A DNA stretch of 64,000 nt from assembly GCA_964016885.1 (NCBI GenBank), contig CAXHJY010001268.1:10979-74978 (forward strand), written 5' to 3'. How positions within the stretch are numbered: position 1 is the stretch's first letter; every line of letters begins with the position of its first letter. This DNA comes from Eledone cirrhosa. Taxonomy: Eukaryota. Under the pieces are notes generated by a model, which did no database searches, was not told the origin of the DNA, and worked only from the letters and a program-made list of their open reading frames with translations. Made by a program: the position numbers and the translations under genes. This document shows, piece after piece, positions 1-17,342 of this stretch.

Positions 1-985
1 GCTTTATGTATTGTATACCTAATTAACATATACTAATTAACATATACTATTGAAATAAATATATAATTTTTAACTTAGTTAACATATAATTTATATGCTA
101 CTACCGATGTAATACTTTATTTTATTTTTATTTGGGTTTCTTTTCCCTATTACTAAATTCATCTCCTAATATTGATACCATAACGTTATTAACTTTAATT
201 TAGTTATAATGTAATTAATAATCTACTACTGTTTGACTTCATAATTCTGCTTCAAATATTATAAACCTAACTAATTTACACCTTGGAAATCAATATGTTG
301 ACTATCTTTGGTTTAGTTGACATATGATTAATGGTATACTTTTTTATTTTGTGATGCATAGATTTCGTATTTCCTAGCACTGAAAATATGTAAGAACATA
401 CATTGAATTAAGATATGGAAAATATTATATGTTTCTTGAAACATATATTTACTTTGATCCCCTTCTCCAAACCCCCCCTTTCCCCCATACTATTATCATC
501 TGTTTTTGTAAGTGTATATGTATGAATATATGTGTAGATGGGTGTCTATATAGTTTTTTTGGTATTTATTTCTAAATATAAAAATACATATATGAGCATG
601 TAAATATGAATGTAAGATTGAGTGTATATATATGATTGTACATACATATGTATGTATATATATGTATATATATGTATTATATATGTACGTGTATGTGAAT
701 GTGTGGTATGTATATGTGTATGTATATGTATATATGTGTGTGTATGTGTATGCTTGTATATAGGAATATATATGTGTGTATATATGTGTATATATATGTA
801 TATGCGTGTTTGTATGTATGTGTATATGGGTTCTGTATATATTTGTATGTCTCTCTATTTATATGTTTATCTTCGTATCTATGTGATATATGTGTGTGTG
901 TGTGCACGTATGCATATGTATGTGTTTGTGTGTGTTTGTATGTGTGTGTGTATATATATATATATGTATTTGCGCACACTCACAT

Positions 986-1027
<42 letters not shown>

Positions 1028-1049
1028 ATGTGTGTCTGTATGTGTGTGC

Positions 1050-1083
<34 letters not shown>

Positions 1084-1113
1084 GTGTATGTATGTGTATG
1101 TGTGTGTATATAG

Positions 1114-1145
<32 letters not shown>

Positions 1146-1294
1146 GTGTGTATATAGGTGTCTATGTGTGAATATATGTCTTTATTCGTATGTGTGTATT
1201 TATATATGTTTATATTTAGGTGTATGTATGTATGTGTATGTATGTATGTATGTATGTGTATGTATATGTATGTATATGTGTATATGTGTGTATA

Positions 1295-1331
<37 letters not shown>

Positions 1332-1542
1332 CTTTATTATTATTGTAATATAACTTATGTGTATATGTGTATAAGTGAGGTTGTGTATGTATATATACTA
1401 TGTGTATATATAAGAGTAATGAAATATATATATATATATATATATATGTGCATGTCTGTATTTTATGTGTGTGTGTATATATATATGTGTATGTGTGTAT
1501 ATATGTATGTATATATACATATATGTGTACGTGTGTGTATGT

Positions 1543-1585
<43 letters not shown>

Positions 1586-1694
1586 TGGATGTTTGTATGT
1601 GTTTTTATGGTGGTATGAGTGTGGGATATATATGTTTGTGTATAAGTGTATGTATGTGTATGTATATATATATGAGTCTATGTGTGTGTGTATA

Positions 1695-1745
<51 letters not shown>

Positions 1746-2090
1746 ATGTGTGTATGTCTTGCGCGTGTGTGTGTCCGTATTTATATCTTCTTATATGTGT
1801 ATGTGTATGTTCGTGTAAATGTATGCGTGTGGATGAAAGTATAGGTATGTGTGTATGTATGTATGTGTAGATATCTCTATGTGCGCGTACATGTATGTAT
1901 GTGTATGTATATCTGTATGCGTATGTACATTATATTATATGTATTATATTTTATTGTTTTTATTTTTTTATTTTTCATAATTTATAGATACATTTATATT
2001 AGGCTGTCTGGTCTGACAATCTAATATTGACCCCTCCCCCCCCCCCCTCCCACCTAATTTCTGTATCTTGATCTTGAAATGTGTGTACCA

Positions 2091-2856
2091 GTGTGTTTAT
2101 GTGAGTGACTTAATTTCTATTTGCTTATGATTTTATATCCACATATATAAATGTGAGTGGGGGAGTGTGTGTGTTTGTGTGTTCGTGGTTATGTGTATAT
2201 TTATATATATACGCACATGTATGTGTGATTATACTGATATGTGTGAGTATGAAAAAAATATATTTATATGCTTGACTCCATAAGTATCATTGCGTATCTT
2301 ATCAGCGCATTAAGCTTACAGAGATATTAACCTTGAAATTTTTTATTTGCATCCATCTTTTTGGTATGCACATACAAATTATACACACATTATTGTAAAA
2401 TGTGTGTGGGGTTTTACATGTATCACACACCAAACTGCTTTTTAACCCTTTGTGTTTTCATTGGTCAATTTTGAACTGATATTTTGAATTGTTGTTATTA
2501 TCAATAAATATACTTCATTATTTCTGAAGACGGCGTATATATGAGTTAGGTATGTATATTTAATCTTGATAATTTGTATAATTTTGTATAATTTTGTACA
2601 TAGATCTGTTAAATATGCATACCAATTATAACACATATATACCCTAGAAACGATCGTTAAATAGTGAACTTTTTTTGTTTAATATAAGGAATTGTTTGTT
2701 CATTATTTGTTTAATATTTTATCTTGACTCTGTATACCGTTTATCTTTCACCGAAATTGGATTTTCATTACATCTCTTCTTTCCATGATATCCGGAATAC
2801 ATTGAGTTCTTCATACGGATTGGACATTACCGTAAACTTTTGGTAGATTTATCTAC
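2091..2856 (+). mobile_element. Hammerhead-bearing repeat, probable Penelope-like element pLTR, copy 1
   Basis: Directly repeated at ~5217-6050, diverged copy at ~10075-10473; copies 1 and 3 end at ggtagatttatctac|(AT)n. Confidence 0.6.
2514..2668 (+). ncRNA. Type I hammerhead ribozyme motif with extended stem II
   Basis: Stem I ttcattattt/aaatagtgaa, CTGAAGA core (2524), long hairpin, GAAA (2647), palindromic stem III ACGATCGT, triplet GUU. Confidence 0.75.
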
Positions 2857-2893
<37 letters not shown>

Positions 2894-5660
2894 TAGACTC
2901 ATATATATATATATACATATACATACATATATATAAACATATATATCCACACACTCATACCACCATAAATACACATACAAACACCCACATGTATATATAT
3001 ATATATATATATATATATCCACATACACACACGTACACATATATATATATATACATATATACACATACATATATATATATACACACACATAAAAAACAGA
3101 CATGCACATATATATATATATATATATATTTCATTACTCTTATATATACACATAATATATATACATACACAACCTCACTTATACACATATACACATAAGT
3201 TATATTACAATAATAATAAAGAATAATATATATATATATATACATATATACACATATACATATATACATATATATATATATATACATACATACATACACA
3301 TACATACATACACATAAATATATACATACATAAATACACACATACGAAAAGACATATATTCACACATAGACACCTATATACACATATATATATATATACA
3401 TATATATATCTATATATATATATATACATACATACATATATATATATATATACACATACACACACACACACACACACAGACACACATACATACTCACATA
3501 TATATATATATATGTGTATATGAGTGTGCGCAAATACACATATATATACACACACACACATACAAACACACACAAACACATACATATGCATACGTGCAGA
3601 CACACACACATATATCACATAGATACGAAGATAAACATATAAATAGAGAGACATACAAATATATACAGAACCCATATACACATACATACAAACACGCATA
3701 TACATATACATACATATATACACATATATATATTCCTATATACAAGCATACAGATACATACACATATATACATATACATACACATATACATACCACACAT
3801 TCACATACACATACATATATAATACATATATATACATATATATACATACATATGTATGTACGATCATATATACACACTCAATCTTACATTCATATTTACA
3901 TGCTCATATATGTATTTTTATATTTAGAAATAAATACCAAAACCTATATATACACCCACCTACACATATATTCATACATATACGCTTACAAAAACAGATG
4001 ATAATAGTATGGGGGAAAGGGGGGGTTTGGAGAAGGGGATCAAAGTAAATATATGTTTCAAGAAACATATAATATTTTCCGTATCTTAATTCAATGTATG
4101 TTCTTACATATTTTCAGTGCTAGGAAATACGAAATCTATGCATCCCAAAATAAAAAAGTATACCATTAATCATATGTTAACTAAACCAAAGATAGTCAAC
4201 ATATTGATTTCCAAGGTGTAAATTAGTTAGGTTTATAATATTTGAAGCAGAATTATGAAGTCAAACAGTAGTAGATTATTAATTACATTATAACTAAATT
4301 AAAGTTAATAACGTTATGGTATCAATATTAGGAGATGAATTTAGTAATAGGGAAAAGAAACCCAAATAAAAATAAAATAAAGTATTACATCGGTAGTAGC
4401 ATATAAATTATATGTTAACTAAATTAAAAATTATATATTTATTTCAATAGTATACGTTAATTAGTATATGTTAATTAGGTATACAATACATAAAGCAGAT
4501 ATTGTATTTCATCAATAGCATAATATAATTATATGCAAATAAAAATCAAAATTAATACGCATACATATACATATACATACACATACACATATATATACAT
4601 ATACACACATATATATATATATATACATATATATACACATACATACATATATACTCACATAAATATACATACAGATACACATACAACACACACATATACA
4701 TATACATATAGATATACATATCTTTTTCAAAAAATTGCACAGAATATATTAACTAGGTATATATCCAAAACACATCCCATTCTATGATTACATGACATTC
4801 TGCAATTCGTCTGTACAAGGATACTAATTTTAAGCAAATTAAAATTAAAGTTTTAGGTTGATTAAAACTAAAACCAAATAATAAATATATTTCCAAAATG
4901 TATATTAATTAGGTCTATAATACTAAAAATTCTTTCTCCGTCATTGGATACATGATATTATCTTGTTATATTTTATCTGTAAAAGAATTATAATAAAAAA
5001 AATTATAATAAAAGGTTAAAATAAATTAAAATTAATCTATAAATTAAATTACTGAGTATATATTAGTAATATTTAAAGGTTTTTCAAAATTTATGATTAC
5101 ATAATATTTTCTCATCTGTAATAAAATATTAATTAAATTAAATTTATAGGTTAACTAACATTTAAATTAAATTAAATTCTAGAATAATGTTATTAATTAG
5201 GTTTATAATATTTAAATGTGTTTTTATGTGAGTGACTTAATTTCTATTTGCTTATGATTTTATATCCACATATATAAATGTGAGTGGGGGAGTGTGTGTG
5301 TTTGTATGTTCGTGGTTATGTGTATATTTATGCATATACGCACATGTATGTGTGATTATACTGATATGTGTGAGTATGAAAAAAATATATTTATATGCTT
5401 GACTCCATAAGTATCATTGCGTATCTTATCAGCGCATTAAGCTTACAGAGATATTAACCTTGAAATTTTGTGTTTGCATCCATCTTTTTAGTATGCACAT
5501 ACAAATTATACACACATTATTGTAAATATGTGTAAGGTTTTTACATGTATATACACACACCAAACTGCTTTTAACCCTTTGTGTTTTCATTGGTCAATTT
5601 TGAACTGATATTTTGAATTGTTGTTATTATCAATAAATATACTTCATTATTTCTGAAGAC

Positions 5661-5847
5661 GGCGGTGTATTGGCAGTATCGGTAGAGGGTCAGACGCCGT
5701 GCTTTGCAGCAAAGAGTTACGGCCCTTTATGGTCTGAGTTCAAATCCCGCCGAGGTTAACTTTGCCTTTCATCCCTACGGGGTCGATAAAATAAAGTACC
5801 AGTAATACACTGGGATAATATCTGGCCTTGTGCCAAAAGTAGAAACA
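5661..5847 (+). mobile_element. tRNA-derived SINE with 15-bp TSD
   Basis: A box TGGCAGTATCGG, B box GAGTTCAAATCC; TSD ATTATTTCTGAAGAC at 5646-5660 and 5848-5862; empty site in paralogue at 2517-2531. Confidence 0.9.
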
Positions 5848-5999
5848 ATTATTTCTGAAGACGGCGTATATATGAGTTAGGTATGTATATTTAATCTTGA
5901 TAATTTGTATAATTTTGTATAATTTTGTACATAGATCTGTTAAATATGCATACCAATTATAACACATATATACCCTAGAAACGATCGTTAAATAGTGAA
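5848..5999 (+). ncRNA. Type I hammerhead motif, copy 2
   Basis: Same as 2514-2668; core regenerated by the SINE TSD. Confidence 0.7.
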
Positions 6000-6044
6000 C
6001 TTTTTTTGTTTAATATAAGGAATTGTTTGTTCATTATTTGTTTA

Positions 6045-8823
<2,779 letters not shown>

Positions 8824-9199
8824 AGATCAACGGTTAAATTCTCCTACTCAACAACCAAAAACATAAAACAAAATATAAGTGCCTACAATGCATATAAATA
8901 ATAGATATGAATGTAGATTATGTTCCCAAGAACTTTTTGAAATAATGAAATCTAAGGATATCCTATTAAATAAGCGACAGGAATTAATAATATCGTTAAC
9001 ATATAATTAACATATAATTAATATTCTACTACTGAAGAACTACATAATTTTACTTTCCTTCTTACAACTATCTTTTCCTAAAATTGATACCATTAAGTAA
9101 ACATATATAATGTTTTAATTTCAGGTTATGATTCTATGTTCCTTGAAATCTCTATATATTTATTATTTCTCACTAATAAATTTACCCCCCCCCCCCCAA

Positions 9200-9242
<43 letters not shown>

Positions 9243-9341
9243 TTTTTATATTTATTTAATTTCCCCTCGTCTTTAACAGCACTCTTCAATTACATCTAAC
9301 TCTTATTTATCATATCTATATGCATTAATATAATTTTAATA

Positions 9342-9525
9342 GGCGGTGGATTGGCAGTATCGGTAGAGGGTTGGACGCCATGCTTTCCAGCATAGTTACG
9401 TCCCTTTACGATCTGAGTTCAAATCCCGCCGAGGTTGACTTTGCCTTTCATCCTTACGGGGTCGATAAAATAAAGTACCAGTAATGCACTGGGTAATTGC
9501 TGGCCTTGTGCCTAAAGTAGAAACA
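9342..9525 (+). mobile_element. tRNA-derived SINE, same family, 15-bp TSD
   Basis: A/B boxes; ATTAATATAATTTTA at 9324-9338 and 9526-9540. Confidence 0.88.
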
Positions 9526-10154
9526 ATTAATATAATTTTATCAATATAAATATACCCATCAATTATATTAATTTATATTCTTTTCATAGATGTAAATTCC
9601 ATATATATTTTTTTCACTAACACTTTTATCGTAAAATTTTAGTCTCCTTAGATATTTACATTGGCATTATTCTTTTATAACAGCAACTTTTCGTGTTACC
9701 TTTTACTGACCTGACCTATTTTCACCCCTAAAATAAACTTTTCATTCTTCATACTCCTTCCATTCAAATCTGAAATCTGCCTTCTTCTACCCCAAAATAA
9801 ATTTCAATTACTACTATTTTACCATTTGGCCAATTATTACCTTTCTATTGGTTAATTCAAAACCTGTTCCCAAACAAACCTACTATATTAAATCTTTGTT
9901 GGTTTTATTCAATGAACAAATATAATTATTTCTGAGGTTAGCATATGACCTATTCTCATCCTATTCTCATCTTTCATTCATAATATTCTTTCCATCCAAA
10001 ACTGAAATCTACCTTCCTCTACCCATAAAGTAAGGTTCTTTTACTACTATATTACTATCTTGACCTTCACTATCTTTCTATTGGTCAATTCAAAACCTGT
10101 TCCCAAACAGACATATTGTATTAAATCTTTGTTGGTTTTTTCAATAAACAAATA

Positions 10155-10292
10155 TCATTATTTCTGAAGACAGCATATATATGTGTAGGTATGTATATTC
10201 CCTCTGATAGTTTGTAAAAATTTTACATAGATCTATAGGATATGCATACCAACACTAACATATATATCCTAGAAACGATCGTAAAATGATGA
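10155..10292 (+). ncRNA. Type I hammerhead motif, diverged copy 3
   Basis: tcattattt-CTGAAGA-hairpin-GAAACGATCGTA-aaatgatga; triplet GUA; compensatory changes in stem II. Confidence 0.75.
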
Positions 10293-10706
10293 ATTTTTTA
10301 ATATAAGGAACTGTTTCTTTGTTTATTCATTATTTTATTAATTTATCTTGACTCTGTTTTCCGTTAATTTTCACCGAAAAATTTTTTTGAATACATCTCT
10401 TTTCATGATATTCGGATTACATTGAGTTCTTCATACGAATTGGACACTACCGTACATTTTGGTAGATTTATCTACATATATATATATTACATATATATAT
10501 ATTACATATATTTATATATATATTATATATATTTATATATATATATATTTATATATATTACATATATTTATATATATATTATATATATTTATATATATTA
10601 TATATATTTATATATATTATATATATTTATATATATTACATATATTTATATATATATTACATATATTTATATATATATTATATATATTTATATATATATT
10701 TATATA

Positions 10707-10752
<46 letters not shown>

Positions 10753-10970
10753 TTATATATATATATTGTTATACTTGGGAGGGTCATATTTGTGTAATAT
10801 TGCCAGAATTAATAACAGAACACACTCACTGTCTGGTTAGTTTTCGCTTCTCGCTTCTGTGTCTTTTATATCAGTTATCTAATATACTCGGTCCTCAATG
10901 TTGCCATTGACTGACCGGCGGTAAAAAATAATACAGATACAATATAGACACAAACACATATATATAGTTT

Positions 10971-11014
10971 ATCATAAATCTTTCGTTGCACATCTGCAAC
11001 ATCGTCAGTGGTGC
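10971..11014 (-). ncRNA. Degenerate type I hammerhead motif
   Basis: Minus strand acca-CTGACGA-T-GTTGCA-gatg-TGCAAC-GAAA-GATTTA-tgat. Confidence 0.5.
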
Positions 11015-11138
11015 TATATTTTCCTCCTGTTGTATTGTATGTCTACGCCATTTTTATTCAGTCTGTCTATATAGAAATCAACCCAGAATCAGTTCCCGTC
11101 GCACCCTTGCAAGCAGGGAAAAGTGGACGTAAAATGAA

Positions 11139-11169
<31 letters not shown>

Positions 11170-11204
11170 ATATATATATATTTATATTTATATATATATA
11201 CATA

Positions 11205-14200
11205 TATACATTTTTTGTATTCATTAATTGTTAGATACGAAAGTTCTTGGTCGTATTGAACAGAACAAATTTTGTATTTTTGTTAATCGCTTGTTAAATG
11301 TGCAAGGACCCCATTCAATCATTACCTTCTATCTAGCTACCCAACACCCCTCCCTCCCGCCCCCACGCACCACCATTGCTATTACGTGGACCAATCATAA
11401 GCCAGAGCCACCACGCATCACCAGTATTATTATTATGCGGACCAATCAGAAGCCAGAGGCCTATACTATCGCTTGCCTGGTTGCCTTTCGATATATGATG
11501 GATGGATGGACTGCGGAATCCTGGAAAGTGGAGGAGAGAGAGAAAAATCTGGACGCTCAGTGACAATGCCAAAGATAAAGACAAATTCACCTCTTGGACG
11601 AGAATGCGAGCACTCCTCATTGTTTCGACCGCGGACGGCTAACATAACCCCATCGCCCCCCACCCCCCACCGACCCCAACCCCCAAACGCAATCCAAAAC
11701 TTCAGAGTTGGTACCATAAATGTAGGCACCCTAAAGGGTCGCGCTAACGAGGTTGTAGAAATGCTTGAACGTAAGGAGGTCGATGTTTGTTGTATTCAAG
11801 AGACCAGGTGGAGGGGTGGGTCTGCTAGGTTCATTGAGGGTAAAAAACGATGTTATAAGCTTTTCTGGACGGGAAACGACGATGGGCTGGGTGGAGTAGG
11901 AATCATGGTAGCAGAAAAGTGGGCAGATAAGATAATAGACGTAAATAGAGTGAACGACAGAATAATTAAAATACGACTTGTCGTCAATAGAACTACGGTG
12001 ACAGTAATATCTGCGTACGCACCCCAATCCAGACTGCCCGGCACTATAAAAGACAGATTCTATGAGACACTGATGCTAACTACCTCCCAAATATCCGACA
12101 GTGACTATATAATTATTGCAGGCAACCTAAATGGTCACGTTGGACAACATTGTGACGGCTACGACGAAATCCATGGAGGCTATGGGTTTGGTACTAGAAA
12201 TGAGGAAGGCTCCAGAATCCTGGAATTCTGTGATGCAAATAACCTAACTATCTGTAACACTAACTTCAAAAAACGTGACAATCACCTGATCACCTATAGA
12301 TCCGGGGAACACACAAGCCAGGTAGATTATATCCTTACCAGAAGACGTGACAGGGTGTCTGTTGTAAACACTAAATCCCTCCCCCATGAAGAATGCACCT
12401 CCCAACATAGACTGATAATTAGCGACCTCATAGTCAGGACGAGACGTACTCGACAGCAGAAGAGGACTATCCTCAGGAGAAAAATATGGAAGCTAAAGGA
12501 CCCCACAGCCAGGAATAAATTTCAAAGCATATTACTTGATGCTTTCGACAGTAAGGAAGAACATTTAGAGTCGGACAATATAGAGGGAGAGTGGGAATTT
12601 CTGAAAGCAAACCTGCTGTTGGCGACAGACGAAGTCTGGCTGGAGCAGGCCTGTAGGCAGGAGGAGAGTAACATGGTGGTGTAACAGTAAGGTGGCGGGG
12701 TCAATTAAGGCCAAAAAGCAGGCTTGGAAAGTATGGCGGAATGGGGGAAGTAGAGAAGACTATCAAGTGGCCAGGAGGGAAGCTAGGAGACAAGTGTACT
12801 TAGCAAGAAGGGAAGCTGAGGAAAGAAAGTTCAAGCATGTTCTACAACGCGATGACCAAAAACGTGAGGTGTTCAGGATTGCTAGGCAATGCGTCAAGGA
12901 AAACCGTGATATTGTCGGGGAGAAGTGTGTACTAAACGACGATGGCACACTTGCCATCACCGATGCTGATAAGAAGGTAGCTTGGAAGTGTCACTATGAA
13001 AGGCTACTAAATCAGGAGAATAAATGGGAGAAAGACGGTCTGCCCCATATCGACCCAATAGAGGGACCAGCAGTGTTAGTCGAGGGGAGTATAATAAGTA
13101 AGGCAATCAAGGATATGAAGACGGGTAAGGCGGCTGGGCCTTCGGAAATAGTTGCTGAGATGCTGAAGGCATCTGGCACGGTGGGACACACCATGGTCAC
13201 CCGCATAGTTAACCAAGTCGTACAGAATGGGGTTGTTCCGAAGGACTGGCATAGCAGCATCATCGTTAACTGTTATAAGGGTAAAGGAGACGCTCTAGAT
13301 AGGAGTAACTATAGAGGCATTAAATTAATCGACCAGGTCATGAAGGTCACGGAAAAAGTAATAGCGCAACTAATCAGAGAGAGAATTGACCTAGATGAAA
13401 TGCAGTTCGGGTTTGTGTCAGGCAAAAGTACCACAGACGCTCTTTTCATAGTACGACAACTACAGGAGAAGTACCTAGCTAAAGGTAAACCCCTCTACTT
13501 AGCTTTTGTCGACTTGGAGAAAGCCTTCGACAGAGTCCCCCGCTCCATTATCTGGTGGGCTCTTAGAAAACTAGGCGTTGACGAATGGCTTGTGAGGGCT
13601 ATACAAGCCATGTATAAAGAAACAGTCAGCAAGGTTAGAATTAACAACGAATATAGTGAAGAGTTTAGCGTAAAAGTTGGCGTCCATCAGGGCTCTGTTC
13701 TCAGCCCCCTACTATTTATTATTGCCCTTCAGGCTATAACAGAGGAGTTCAAGACAGGCTGCCCATGGGAACTCCTATACGCAGACGACCAGACACTCAT
13801 AGCGGAATCAATGGCCGGGCTAGAGAAGAAATTCCAAACATGGAAGCACGGCCTAGAGTCAAAAGGACTTAAAATTAACCTGGCTAAGACCAAAGTTCTA
13901 GTTTGTAGGAAAGAAAACAAGGCGGCGGTCCCTTCTGGGAAATGGTCGTGCTCGGTGTGTAGGAAAGGCGTAGGTAGAAACTCCATTTTATGTCCTAAAT
14001 GCAAAGTATGGGTGCATAAAAGATGTAGTGGGATCACAGGTAAGCTAACTAAGAACATAGATTTTACATGTGGCCGGTGTTCTGGTGCAATAAGTAGCAG
14101 CAAGTGCCCACAAAATACTAGCTCTTTCAATTGCGCAGAGGGTTCTATAGAAATAGTGGACAGCTTCCGTTACCTGGGCGATAAAATCAGCAGTTGGGGA

Positions 14201-15123
14201 GGGTGCTCTGAAAGTACTGTAGCTAGAGTCAGAACTGGTTGGAAAAAGTTCAGAGAGCTTATACCACTATTAGCTGCTAAAGGGTTCTCCCTAAAAATGA
14301 AAGGCAGGTTGTACGATGCCTGCATACGAACAGCAATGCTGCATGGCAGTGAGACCTGGGCATTGTGTGCAGAGGATATACGCAGACTAGAGAGGAACGA
14401 AGCTTGCATGCTCCGCTGGATGTGTAACAGTAATATACGTGAACGGCAAAGCATAAACGAACTAAGGAAAAAATTAGAGATAAGAGGGATCAGATGTTGT
14501 TTACTCGAGAGAAGGCTACGTTGGTATGGACACGTGATGCGCATGAAAGTCGATAGCTGTATAACAAAGTGCAGGGCAATAAAGATAGACGGTAGTCACG
14601 GAATAGGCAGACCTAGAAAAACCTGGGACGAGCTGATAAACTCCGACATCACACACTTACACCTCTCCAAGACAATGTCACTGGACCGAGACCTTTGGCG
14701 GTACTCAGTAATAGAGAAGACCCGCCTTACCTAAATACATAGTAAAACCTACTACAACCAGTAGGCATCTCTAACAAAATACAGCCCGTCCCACCACCAC
14801 CACCACCACCACCCCATCCACACCACCCCGTTCTATGTAAAGTTATGTTGGTGCCGCGCCATCCAGGCCGAAACAAATGAGATCGTGTAGGTGTCACGAC
14901 AAAAAAAACACACAGTCCATGCTGTAATGTGGCCGTGTAGGCAACACGGTAAAAACCTCCCAGACCCACACTGTAAATGTGGTTGGTGTTAGGAAGGGCA
15001 TCCAACTGTAGAAAACCTGCCAGACAGTCCTATGCGAGCAAGACAATCACTCTTGCCTCAAGTGGGACTACCCCCGTCCAAACCCATGCAAGCGTGGAAC
15101 ACGGACGTTAAACGTTGATGATG
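11205..15123 (+). mobile_element. Near full-length RTE-clade LINE, family A (APE-RT-PHD), disrupted
   Basis: EN motifs (GTINVGTL, CIQETRW, ISAYAPQ, SQHRL), RT (QFGF, DLEKAFD, QGSVLSP, YADD); frameshift near 12636; GDFN altered to GNLN; (ATG)n tail; (TA)n flanks. Confidence 0.95.
11565..14734 (+). pseudogene. Frameshifted RTE ORF (track ORFs 11473-12684 plus 12692-14734)
   Basis: gaagtctggctgg lacks 2 nt relative to EVCGW of the intact copy. Confidence 0.9.
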
Positions 15124-15190
15124 ATATATATATATATTTATATATATATATATATATATACATATATATTTATATTTATATATTTATATT

Positions 15191-15225
<35 letters not shown>

Positions 15226-15226
15226 T

Positions 15227-15257
<31 letters not shown>

Positions 15258-15264
15258 TTATATT

Positions 15265-15353
<89 letters not shown>

Positions 15354-15384
15354 TTATATATATATATATATTTATATTTATATT

Positions 15385-15415
<31 letters not shown>

Positions 15416-15432
15416 ATATTTATATTTATATT

Positions 15433-15471
<39 letters not shown>

Positions 15472-15510
15472 ATATTTATATATATATATATTTATATTTA
15501 TATATATATT

Positions 15511-15543
<33 letters not shown>

Positions 15544-15550
15544 ATATTTA

Positions 15551-15583
<33 letters not shown>

Positions 15584-15926
15584 ATATTTATATATATATT
15601 TATATTTATATATATATTATATATATTTATATTTATATATATATTTATATATATATTTATATTTATATATATATTTATATATATATTTATATTTATATAT
15701 ATATTTATATATTTATATTTATATATATATTTATATATATATATTTATATATATTTATATATATATATTTATATATATTTATATATTTATATATATATAT
15801 ATTTATATATTTATATTTATATATATATATTTATATTTATATATTATATTTATATTTATATATATATTTATATATTTATATATATATATATTTATATATA
15901 TATATATTTATATATATATATTTATA

Positions 15927-15977
<51 letters not shown>

Positions 15978-16070
15978 TTATATATATTTATATATATATA
16001 TATATATTTATATATATTTATATTTATATATATTTATATATATTTATATATATATATATATATTATATAT
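15124..16070. repeat. TTTA(TA)n compound microsatellite
   Basis: Directly follows the RTE (ATG)n tail. Confidence 0.97.
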
Positions 16071-16247
16071 CGCAGTTATTGCGATATATATTTGTTGCTG
16101 TGCTCATAATTGTTTTGGCATTAATACACTGGTTGGATGCCCTTCCTAACACCTACTTATCACATATATATATATATTTAGGTCAGTATTACAACGATGC
16201 CATACCTGTATTGATGAAAAAAAAACTGGATTTTTGTTTCATTGGTA

Positions 16248-16288
16248 CAGGCTGAACAAGCTGGTTATCAACGAAACGTATGTACCTG
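16248..16288 (+). ncRNA. Degenerate minimal hammerhead motif
   Basis: cagg-CTGAACA-agctggttatcaac-GAAA-CGTATG-TA-cctg; G8 replaced by C. Confidence 0.5.
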
Positions 16289-16435
16289 GTACTACAGACT
16301 TAAGTTGCTCTACAGCTTGAATTTCTTTACCTTTTACCACTATATACACACACACATTGAAATCTTACCAGCTAGTAAATAACTTTAATATGTTTGTGAT
16401 TCACAATCGCTATATGTTATGTTTGTATGTTTCAG

Positions 16436-16512
16436 GAAAGCAGCAACCAGTTACCATTAGAAGATCTCGAGAAATTGGTGCAGTTTATAAAAAACAATGG
16501 CTTGGCTAAACG
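16436..16512 (+). CDS. HTT: Huntingtin internal exon (ESSNQLPLEDLEKLVQFIKNNGLAKR)
   Basis: ttcag|GAA...CG|gtaaag; resembles human HTT [22 protein letters not shown]; phase joins next exon. Confidence 0.9.
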
Positions 16513-16617
16513 GTAAAGATTTTTTTCCGTGGAGGATGTGCCATGTTTTGTACTTTTGTCTTGATGGTGATGGTAGGGTAGTAGTTGTGGTTGTGGTGCT
16601 CAGAGATGTGTGCACAT

Positions 16618-16669
<52 letters not shown>

Positions 16670-17194
16670 GTTGTTTTGGAAGCCTGTACAATGCAGATGG
16701 ATAAATCTCCAGGTAACAAAATCAGGTGGGAGTATAAGAAGAGAGAAAAGTAAGAAGCATATAAAAAGACTAGAGAACATGAAAAGAAAACCAGATATAG
16801 TTATCTTGAAAGAGATTTATTGGTCCTTATATTTTGGATTTCACATCCATCGATGGTGGGGGGGACTGTGTTTTGTATATCTAGCAATATACGGTATGTT
16901 TACGAATAAACATTTTGAAAGCCTTCAGCCATGAATTTGGAAACTGATGACGTAGCGTCATCTAGTGGATTCCAACAGAAGTTTCCAAACATATTGTATA
17001 TCACTAGATATACAAAATACACATACTTATATATATATATACAGCTATGTTAGAATGAACACCTTAATAATAATATATATATATATATTTAGAGAGAGAA
17101 AGAACAAGTGAGTAGAGGAAGAAATGGAACAAAATTTTTTGGTGAAAAAAAAGCATGTCTTTCTATTGTTTTTTCCATTGTCTTTGTCCTCTGA

Positions 17195-17264
<70 letters not shown>

Positions 17265-17342
17265 TCATCATCATCATACGTCCGCTTTTCCCTGCTTGCA
17301 AGGGTGGGACGCGAACTGATTCTGGCTTATATATATATATAT

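Larger units (their letters stand above)
1..4496. repeat. Large inverted duplication (arms ~1-1740 and ~2856-4496)
   Basis: Base 1 onward (gctttatgtattgtatacc) is the reverse complement of sequence ending at 4496; similarity continues through unique AT-rich and degenerate (TG/TA)n blocks. Confidence 0.92.

Noticed and set aside
5661-5760. tRNA gene
   Set aside because: A/B boxes only, no cloverleaf; multi-copy with TSDs, so a SINE head
16937-16990. CTGATGA within a stem (tttggaaact/agtttccaaa) as a hammerhead
   Set aside because: The putative core pairs into its own hairpin, and there is no correctly placed GAAA and stem III
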